NCBI GenBank assembly: GCA_964016885.1 | Contig: OZ024741.1 | Span: forward strand, 333,560,001-333,624,000 | DNA length: 64,000 nucleotides | Direction: 5' to 3' | Origin: Eledone cirrhosa | Lineage: Eukaryota | Shown here: positions 52,901 through 64,000 of the stretch, piece after piece | Position numbering within the stretch: position 1 is the stretch's first letter | How the letters are laid out: every line of letters begins with the position of its first letter | Made by a program: the position numbers and the translations under genes | The notes under the pieces: model-generated | What the model saw: the letters and a program-made list of their open reading frames with translations, nothing else | Database searches by the model: none | Told to the model about the DNA's origin: nothing

Positions 52901-55900
52901 CGTTATATAGTGTAGTGTGCAACACAACACAGTTCTGTTATATAGTGTAGTGTACAGCACAACACAGTTCTGTTATATAGTGTAGTGTGTAACACAACAC
53001 AGTTCTGTTATATAGTGTAGTGTGCAACACAACACAGTTCTGTTATATAATGTAGTGTACAGCACAACACAGTTCTGTTATATAGTGTAGTGTACAGCAC
53101 AGTTCTGTTATATAGTGTAGTGTACAGCGCAACACAGTTCTGTTATATAGTGTAGTGTAGAGCACAATACATTTCTGTTATATAGTGTAGTGTACAGCAC
53201 AACACAGTTCTGTTATATAGTGTAGTGTACAGCACAGCACAGTTCTGTTATATAGTGTAGTGTACAACACAGCACAGTTCTGTTATATAGTGTAGTGTAC
53301 AACACAGCACAGTTCTGTTATATAGTGTAGTATGCAACACAACACAGTTCTGTTATATAGTGTAGTGTACAGCACAGCACAGTTCTGTTATATAGTGTAG
53401 TGTACAGCACAGCACATTTCTGTTATATAGTGTAGTGTACAGCACAGCACAGTTCTGTTATAGAGTGTAGTGTACAGCACAACACGGTTCTGTTATATAG
53501 AGTAGTGTACAACACAACACACAGTTCTATGATATAGTGTAGTGTACAGCACAGCACAGTTCTGTTATATAGTGTAGTGTACAGCACAGCACATTTCTGT
53601 TATATAGTGTAGTGTACAGCATAGCACAGTTCTGTTATATAGTGTAGTGTACAACACAACACACAGTTCTATGATATAGTGTAGTGTACAGCACAGCACA
53701 GTTCTGTTATATAGTGTAGTGTACAGCACAGCACATTTCTGTTATATAGTGTAGTGTACAGCATAGCACAGTTCTGTTATATAGTGTAGTATACAGCACA
53801 GCACAGTTCTGTTATATAGTGTAGTGTGCAAAACAGCACAGTTCTATGATATAGTGTAGTGTACAGCACAACACAGTTCTGTTATATAGCGTAGTGTACA
53901 ATACAGCACAGTTCTGTTATATAGTGTAGTGTACAGCACAACACAGTTCTGTTATATAGTGTACAGCACAACACAGTTCTGTTATATAGTGTAGTGTACA
54001 ACACAACACAGTTCTGTTATATAGTGTAGTGTACAGCACAACACAGTTCTGTTATATAGTGTAGTTTAAAACACAACACAGTTCTGTTATATAGTGTAGT
54101 GTACAGCACAGCACAGTTCTGTTATATAGTGTAGTGTACAACACAACAGAGTTCTGTTATATAGTGTAGTGTACAGCACAACACAGTTCTGTTATATAGT
54201 GTAGTGTACAACACAAAACAGGTCTGTTATATAGTGTGGTGTACAGCACAACAGAGTTCTGTTCTATAGTGTAGTGTACAGTACAGCACAGTTCTGTTAT
54301 ATAGTGTAGTGTACAGCACAACACAGTTCTGTTATATAGTGTAGTGTACAGCACAACACAGTTCTGTTATATAGTGTAGTGTACAGCACAGCACAGTTCT
54401 GTTATATAGTGTAGTTTACAACACAACACAGTTCTGTTATATAGTGTAGTGTACAACACAACACAGTTCTGTTATATAGTATAGTGTACAGCACAACACA
54501 GTTCTGATATATAGTGTAGTGTACAGCACAACACAGTTCTGTTATATAGTGTAGTGTACAGCACAGCACAGTCCTGTTATATAGTGTAGTGTACAGCACA
54601 GCTCAGTTCTGTTATATAGTGTAGTGTACAGCACAACACAGTTCTGTTATATAGTGTAGTATGCAACACAACACAGTTCTGTTATATAGTGTAGTGTACA
54701 GCACAACACAGTTCCGCTATATAGTGTAGTGTGCAACACAACACAGTTCTGTTATATAGTGTAGTGTACAGCACAACACAGTTCTGTTATATAGTGTAGT
54801 GTGTAACACAACACAGTTCTGTTATATAGTGTAGTGTGCAACACAACACAGTTCTGTTATATAATGTAGTGTACAGCACAACACAGTTCTGTTATATAGT
54901 GTAGTGTACAGCACAGTTCTGTTATATAGTGTAGTGTACAGCGCAACACAGTTCTGTTATATAGTATAGTGTAGAGCACAATACATTTCTGTTATATAGT
55001 GTAGTGTACAGCACAACACAGTTCTGTTATATAGTGTATTGTGCAACACAACACAGTTCTGTTATATAGTGTAGTGTACAACACAGCACAGTTCTGTTAT
55101 ATAGTGTAGTATGCAACACAACACAGTTCTGTTATACAGTGTAGTGTACAGCACAACACAGTTCTGTTATATAGTGTAGTGTACAGCACAGCACAGTTCT
55201 ATTATATAGTGTAGTGTACAGCACAACACAGTTCTGTTATATAGTGTAGTGTACAGCACAGTTCTATTATACAGTGTAGTGTACAGCACAACACAGTTCT
55301 GTTATATAGTGAACTGTACAGCACAACACAGAGTTCTGTTATATAGTGTAGTGTACAGCACAGCACAGTTCTGTTATATAGTGTAGTGTACAACACAACA
55401 CAGAGTTCTGTTATATAGTGTAGTGTACAGCAGAACACAGTTCTGTTATATAGTGTAGTGTACAACACAACACAGAGTTCTGTTATATAGTGTAGTGTAC
55501 AGCACAGCACAGTTCTGTTATATAGTGTAGTGTACATCACAGCACAGTTCTGTTATATAGTGTAGCGTACAACACAACACAGAGTTCTGTTATATAGGGT
55601 AGTGTACAGCACAGTTCTATTATATAGTGTAGTGTACAACACAACACAGTTCTGCTATATAGTGTAGTGCACAGCACAACACAGTTCTGTTATATAGTGT
55701 AGTGTACAGCACAGCACAGTTCTGGTATATAGTGTAGTGTGCAACACAACACAGTTCTATTATATAGTGTACAGCACAACACAATTCTGTTATATAGTGT
55801 AGTGTACAGCACAACACAGTTCTGTTATATAGTGTAGTGTACAGCACAGAACAGTTCTGTTATATAGTGTAGTGTACAGCACAACACAGATCTGTTATTT

Positions 55901-58900
55901 AGAGTAGTGTGCAACACACCACAGTTATGTTATACAGTGTAGTGTACAGCACAACACAGTTCTGTTATATAGTGAGGTGTGCAACACAACACAGTTCTGT
56001 TATATAGTGTAGTGTACAACACAACACAGTTCTGTTATATAGTGTAGTGTACAGCACAGCACAGTTCTATTATATAGTGTACAGCACAACACAGTTCTGT
56101 TATATAGTGTAGTGTACAACACAACACAGTTCTGTTATATAGTGTAGTGTACAGCACAACACGGTTCTGTTATATAGTGTAGTGTACAGCACAGTTCTAT
56201 TATACAGTGTAGTGTACAGCACAACACAGTTCTGTTATATAGTGTAGTGTACAACACAGCACAGTTCTGTTATATAGTGTAGTGTACAAAACAACACAGT
56301 TCTGTTATATAGTGTAGTGTACAGCACAGCACAGTTCTGTTATATAGTGTAGTGTACAGCACAACACAGTTCTGTTATATAGTGTAGTGTACAGCACAGT
56401 TCTATTATATAGTGTAGTGTACAGCACAACACAATTCTGTTATATAGTGTAGTGTACAACAGAACACAGTTCTGTTATATAGTGTAGTGTACAACACAAC
56501 ACAGTTCTGTTATATAGTGTAGTGTGCAACACAACACAGTTCTGTTATATAGTGTAGTGTACAGCGCAACACAGTTCTGTTATATAGTGTAGTGTAGAGC
56601 ACAATACAGTTCTGTTATATAGTGTAGTGTACAGCACAACACAGTTCTGTTATATAGTGTAGTGTGCAACACAACACAGTTCTGTTATATAGTGTAGTGT
56701 ACAACACAACACAGTTCTATTATATAGTGTAGTGTACAGCACAGCACAGTTCTATTATATAGTGTAGTGTACAGCACAGTTCTATTATACAGTGTAGTGT
56801 ACAGCACAACACAGTTCTGTTATATAGTGTAGTATACAACACAACACAGTTCTGTTATATAGTGTAGTGTACAGCACAACACAGTTCTGTTATATAGTGT
56901 AGTGTACAACACAACACAGTTCTGTTATATAGTGTAGTGTACAGCACAGCACAGTTCTGTTATATAGTGTAGTGTACAGCACAACACAGTTCTGTTATAT
57001 AGTGTAGTGTACAACACAACACAGTTCTGTTATATAGTGTAGTGTACAACACAACACAGTTCTGTTATATAGTGTAGTGTACAGCACAGTTCTATTATAT
57101 AGTGTAGTGTACAGCACAACACAGTTCTGTTATATAGTGTAGTGTACAACACAGCACAGTTCTGTTATATAGTGTAGTGTACAAGACAATACAGTTCTGT
57201 TATATAGTGTAGTGTACAGCACAGCACAGTTCTGTTATATAGTGTAGTGTACAGCACAACACAGTTCTGTTATATAGTGTAGTGTAGAGCACAGTTCTAT
57301 TATATAGTGTAGTGTACAGCACAACACAGTTCTGTTATATAGTGTAGTGTACAACACAGCACAGTTCTGTTATATAGTGTAGTGTACAACACGAGACAGT
57401 TCTGTTATATAGTGTAGTGTACAGCACAGCACAGTTCTGTTACATAGTGTAGTGTACAGCACAACACAGTTCTGTTATATAGTGTAGTGTACAACACAAC
57501 ACAGAGTTCTGTAATATAGTTTAGAGTACAGCACAACACAGTTCTGTTATATAGTGTACTGTACAGCACAACACAGAGTTCTGTTATATAGTGTAGTGTA
57601 CAACACAACACAGAGTTCTGTTATATAGTGTAGTGTACAGCACAACACAGTTCTGTTATATAGTGTAGTGTACAGCACAACACAGTTCTGTTATATAGTG
57701 TAGTGTACAGCACAGTTCTATTATATAGTATAGTGTACAGCACAACACAGTTCTGTTATATAGTGTAGTGTACAACACAGCACAGTTCTGTTATATAGTG
57801 TAGTGTACAACACAACATAGTTCTGTTATATAGTGTAGTGTACAGCACAGCACAGTTCTGTTATATAGTGTAGTGTACAGCACAACACAGTTCTGTTATA
57901 TAGTGTAGTGTACAGCACAGTTCTATTATATAGTGTAGTGTACAGCACAACACAGTTCTGTTATATAGTGTAGTGTACAACACAACACAGTTCTGTTATA
58001 TAGTGTAGTGTACAGCACAACACAGTTCTGTTATATAGTGTAGTGTACAGCACAGCACAGTTCTGTTATATAGTGTAGTGTACAGCACAGCACAGTTCTG
58101 TTATATAGTGTAGTGTACAACACAACACAGAGTTCTGTTATATAGTGTAGTGTACAGCACAGCACAGTTCTGTTATATAGTGTAGTGTACAACACAACAC
58201 AACACAGAGTTCTGTTATATAGTGTAGTGTACAGCACAGCACAGTTCTATTATATAGTGTAGTGTAAAGCACAGCACAGTTCTGTTATATAGTGTAGTGT
58301 ACAACACAACACAGAGTTCTGTTATATAGTGTAGTGTACAGCACAACACAGTTCTGTTATATAGTGTTGTGTACAGCACAACACAGTTCTGTTATATAGT
58401 GTAGTGTACAGCACAACACAGTTCTGTTATATAGTGTAGTGTACAGCACAACACAATTCTGTTATATAGTGTAGTGTACAACACAACACAGAGTGCTGTT
58501 ATATAGTGTCGTGTACAGCACAACACAGTTCTGTTATATAGTGTAGTGTGCCACACAACACAGTTCTGTTATATAGTGTAGTGTACAGCACAACACAGTT
58601 CTGTTATATAGTGTAGTGTACAACACAGCACAGTTCTGTTATATAGTGTAGTGTACAACACAACACAGTTCTGTTATATAGTGTAGTGTACAGCACAGTT
58701 CTATTATATAGTGTAGTGTACAGCACAACACAGTTCTGTTATATAGTGTAGTGTACAACACAGCACAGTTCTGTTATATAGTGTAGTGTACAACACAACA
58801 CAGTTCTGTTATATAGTGTAGTGTACAGCACAGCACAGTTCTGTTATATAGTGTAGTGTACAGCACAACACAGTTCTGTTATATAGTGTAGTGTACAGAA

Positions 58901-61900
58901 CAGTTCTATTATATAGTGTAGTGTACAGCACAACACAGTTCTGTTATATAGTGTAGTGTACAGCACAGTTCTATTATATAGTATAGTGTACAGCACAACA
59001 CAGTTCTGTTATATAGTGTAGTGTACAACACAGCACAGTTCTGTTATATAGTGTAGTGTACAACACAACATAGTTCTGTTATATAGTGTAGTGTACAGCA
59101 CAGCACAGTTCTGTTATATAGTGTAGTGTACAGCCAAACACAGTTCTGTTATATAGTGTAGTGTACAGCACAGTTCTATTATATAGTGTAGTGTACAGCA
59201 CAACACAGTTCTGTTATATAGTGTAGTGTACAACACAACACAGTTCTGTTATATAGTGTAGTGTACAGCACAACACAGTTCTGTTATATAGTGTAGTGTA
59301 CAGCACAGCACAGTTCTGTTATATAGTGTAGTGTACAGCACAGCACAGTTCTGTTATATAGTGTAGTGTACAACACAACACAGAGTTCTGTTATATAGTG
59401 TAGTGTACAGCACAGCACAGTTCTGTTATATAGTGTAGTGTACAACACAACACAACACAGAGTTCTGTTATATAGTGTAGTGTACAGCACAGCACAGTTC
59501 TATTATATAGTGTAGTGTAAAGCACAGCACAGTTCTGTTATATAGTGTAGCGTACAACACAACACAGAGTTCTGTTATATAGTGTAGTGTACAGCACAGA
59601 ACAGTTCTGTTAGATAGTGTAGTGTACAGCACAACACAGTTCTGTTTTATAGTGTAGTGTACAACACAACACAGAGTTCTGTTATATAGTGTAGTGTACA
59701 GCACAACACAGTTCTGTTATATAGTGTTGTGTACAGCACAACACAGTTCTATTATATAGTGTAGTGTACAGCACAACACAGTTCTGTTATATAGTGTAGT
59801 GTACAGCACAACACAATTCTGTTATATAGTGTAGTGTACAACACAACACAGAGTTCTGTTATATAGTGTAGTGTACAGCACAACACAGTTCTGTTATATA
59901 GTGTAGTGTGCCACACAACACAGTTCTGTTATATAGTGTAGTGTATAGCACAACACAGTTCTGTTATATAGTGTAGTGTACAGCACAGTTCTGTTATATA
60001 GTGTAGTGTACAGCGCAACACAGTTCTGTTATATAGTGTAGTGTAGAGCACAATACAGTTGTGTTATATAGTGTAGTGTACAGCACAACACAGTTCTGTT
60101 ATATAGTGTAGTGTGCAACACAACACAGTTCTGTTAAATAGTGTAGTGTACAACACAACACAGTTCTGTTATATAGTGTAGTGTACAGCACAGCACAGCT
60201 CTATTATATAGTGTAGTGTACAGCACAGTTCTATTATACAGTGTAGTGTACAGCACAACACAGTTCTGTTATATAGTGTAGTGTACAACACAACACAGTT
60301 CTGTTATATAGTGTAGTGTACAGCACAGCACAGTTCTGTTATATAGTGTAGTGTACAGCACAACACAGTTCTGTTATATAGTGTAGTGTACAGCACAGTT
60401 CTATTATATAGTGTAGTGTACAGCACAACACAGTTCTGTTATATAGTGTAGTGTACAACACAGCACAGTTCTGTTATATAGTGTAGTGTACAAGACAATA
60501 CAGTTCTGTTATATAGTGTAGTGTACATCACAGCACAGTTCTGTTATATAGTGTAGTGTACAGCACAGCACAGTTCTGTTATATAGTGTAGTGTACATCA
60601 CAGCACAGTTCTGTTATATAGTGTAGTGTACAGCACAACACAGTTCTGTTATATAGTGTAGTGTACAGCACAGTTCTATTATATAGTGTAGTGTACAGCA
60701 CAACACAGTTCTGTTATATAGTGTAGTGTACAACACAACACAGTTCTGTTATATAGTGTAGTGTACAGCACAACACAGTTCTGTTATATAGTGTAGTGTA
60801 CAGCACAGAACAGTTCTGTTATATAGTGTAGTGTACAGCACAACACAGTTCTGTTATATAGTGTAGTGTACAGCACAGTTCTATTATATAGTGTAGTGTA
60901 CAGCACAACACAGTTCTGTTATATAGTGTAGTGTACAACACAGCACAGTTCTGTTATATAGTGTAGTGTACAAGACAATACAGTTCTGTTATATAGTGTA
61001 GTGTACATCACAGCACAGTTCTGTTATATAGTGTAGTGTGCAACACAACACAGTTCTGTTAAATAGTGTAGTGTACAGCACAACACAGTTCTGTTATATA
61101 GTGTAGTGTACAACACAACAGAGTTCTGTTATATAGTGTAGTGTACAGCACAACACAGTTCTGTTATATAGTGTAGTGTACAACACAAAACAGGTCTGTT
61201 ATATAGTGTAGTGTACAGCACAACAGAGTTCTGTTATATAGTGTAGTGTACAACACAACACAACACAGAGTTCTGTTATATAGTGTAGTGTACAGCACAG
61301 CACAGTTCTATTATATAGTGTAGTGTAAAGCACAGCACAGTTCTGTTATATAGTGTAGCGTACAACACAACACAGAGTTCTGTTATATAGTGTAGTGTAC
61401 AGCACAACACAGTTCTGTTATATAGTGTAGTGTACAGCACAGAACAGTTCTGTTATATAGTGTAGTGTACAGCACAACACAGTTCTGTTATATAGTGTAG
61501 TGTACAACACAACACAGAGTTCTGTTATATAGTGTAGTGTACAGCACAACACAGTTCTGTTATATAGTGTTGTGTACAGCACAACACAGTTCTGTTATAT
61601 AGTGTAGTGTACAGCACAACACAGTTCTGTTATATAGTGTAGTGTACAGCACAACACAATTCTGTTATATAGTGTAGTGTACAACACAACACAGAGTTCT
61701 GTTATATAGTGTAGTGTACAGCACAACACAGTTCTGTTATATAGTGTAGTGTGCCACACAACACAGTTCTGTTATATAGTGTAGTGTACAGCACAACACA
61801 GTTCTGTTATATAGTGTAGTGTACAGCACAGTTCTGTTGTATTGTGTAGTGTACAGCGCAACACAGTTCTGTTATATAGTGTAGTGTAGAGCACAATACA

Positions 61901-63950
61901 GTTGTGTTATATAGTGTAGTGTACAGCACAACACAGTTCTGTTATATAGTGTAGTGTGCAACACAACACAGTTCTGTTAAATAGTGTAGTGTACAACACA
62001 ACACAGTTCTGTTATATAGTGTAGTGTACAGCACAGCACAGCTCTATTATATAGTGTAGTGTACAGCACAGTTCTATTATACAGTGTAGTGTACAGCACA
62101 ACACAGTTCTGTTATATAGTGTAGTGTACAACACAACACAGTTCTGTTATATAGTGTAGTGTACAGCACAGCACAGTTCTGTTATATAGTGTAGTGTACA
62201 GCACAACACAGTTCTGTTATATAGTGTAGTGTACAGCACAGTTCTATTATATAGTGTAGTGTACAGCACAACACAGTTCTGTTATATAGTGTAGTGTACA
62301 ACACAACACAGTTCTGTTATATAGTGTAGTGTACAGCACAACACAGTTCTGTTATATAGTGTAGTGTACAACACAGCACAGTTCTGTTATATAGTGTAGT
62401 GTACAACACGACACAGTTCTGTTATATAGTGTAGTGTACAGCACAGCACAGTTCTGTTATATAGTGTAGTGTACAGCACAACACAGTTCTGTTATATAGT
62501 GTAGTGTACAACACAACACAGAGTTCTGTTATATAGTTTAGAGTACAGCACAACACAGTTCTGTTATATAGTGTACTGTACAGCACAACACAGAGTTCTG
62601 TTATATAGTGTAGTGTACAACACAACAAAGAGTTCTGTTATATAGTGTAGTGTACCGCACAGCACAGTTCTGTTATATAGTGTAGTGTACAACACAACAC
62701 AGAGCTCTGTTATATAGTGTAGTGTACAGCACAACACAGTTCTGTTATATAGTGTAGTGTACAGCACAGAACAGTTCTGTTATATAGTGTAGTGTACAGC
62801 ACAACACAGTTCTGTTATATAGCGTAGTGTACAACACAACACAGAGTTCTGTTATATAGTGTAGTGTACAGCACAGCCCAGTTCTGTTATATAGTGTAGT
62901 GTACAGCACAGCACAGTTCTGTTATATAGTGTAGTGTACAACACAACACAGAGTTCTGTTATATAGTGTAGTGTACAGCACAACACAGTTCTGTTATATA
63001 GTGTAGTGTACAGCACAGAACAGTTCTGTTATATAGTGTAGTGTACAGCATAACACACTTCTGTTGTATAGTGTAGTGTACAACACAACACAGAGTTATG
63101 TTATGTAGTGTAGTGTACAGCACAACACAGTTCTGTTATATAGTGCTGTGTACAGCACAACACACTTCTGTTATATAGTGTAGTGTACAGCACATCACAG
63201 TTCTGTTATATAGTGTAGTGTACAGCACAACACAGTTCTGTTATATAGTGTAGTGTGCAACACAACACAGTTCTGTTATATAGTGTAGTGTACAGCACAG
63301 CACAGTTCTGTTATATAGTGTAGTGTACAGCACAACACAATTCTGTTATATAGTGTAGTGTACAACACAACACAGTGTTCTGTTATATAGTGTAGTGTAC
63401 AGCACAGCACAGTTCTGTTATATAGTGTTAGTGTACAGCACAACACAGTTCTGTTATATAGTGTAGTGTACAGCACAACACAGTTCTGTTATATAGTGTA
63501 CAGCACAACACAGTTCTGTTATATAGTGTAGTGTGCAACACAACACAGTTCTGTTATATAGTGTAGTGTACAACACAACACAGTTCTGTTATATAGTGTA
63601 GTGTACAGCACAACACAGTTCTGTTATATAGTGTAGTGTGCAACACAACACAGTTCTTTTATATAGTGTAGTGTACAGCACAACACAGTTCTGTTATATA
63701 ATGTTGTATGCAACACAACACAGTTCTGTTATATAGTGTAGTGTACAGCACAACACAGTTCTGTTATATAGTGTAGTGTACAGCACAACACAGTTCTGTT
63801 ATATAGTGTAGTGTACAACACAACACAGTTCTGTTATGTAGTGTAGTGTGCAACACAACACAGTTCTGTTATATAGTGTAGTGTGCAACACAACACAGTT
63901 CTGTTATATAGTGTAGCGTACAACACAACACAGTTCTGTTATATAGTGTA
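43926..63950. repeat. ~20-kb satellite array, 35-bp monomer GTGTAGTGTACAGCACAACACAGTTCTGTTATATA (roughly 570 copies), with 30- and 37-bp variants
   Basis: Direct reading; both ends lie inside the window. Confidence 0.98.
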
Positions 63951-64000
63951 AGAAGTTGATATTTGTTGTATTCAAGAGACTAGGTGGAGAGTGGGTTCTG

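Noticed and set aside
43926-63950. 35-bp repeat as a CRISPR array, or its Cys/Tyr-rich ORFs as genes
   Set aside because: Monomers are contiguous with no unique spacers, there are no cas genes, and the ORFs are translations of the repeat.

Overview
AT-rich, repeat-saturated eukaryotic DNA. The SINE/RTE repertoire and the (TA)n/(CA)n/(GAT)n density suggest a mollusc, probably octopus (inference). About 1-43.9 kb is a mosaic of RTE-clade LINEs (two families carry a PHD finger inserted inside the RT), tRNA-derived SINEs, a Penelope-like GIY-YIG remnant, a non-autonomous Helitron, several palindromes and minisatellites. It also holds about ten type I hammerhead ribozyme (HHR) motifs or remnants, including a tandem minus-strand pair 365 nt apart and an outward-facing pair inside a 353-bp palindrome. 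One plausible host exon (signal peptide plus TM, minus strand) lies at about 2.3 kb. 43.9-63.95 kb is one 35-bp satellite array built from pentamers, with kb-scale higher-order duplications. Boundaries of degraded repeats are approximate; all folding was done by eye.
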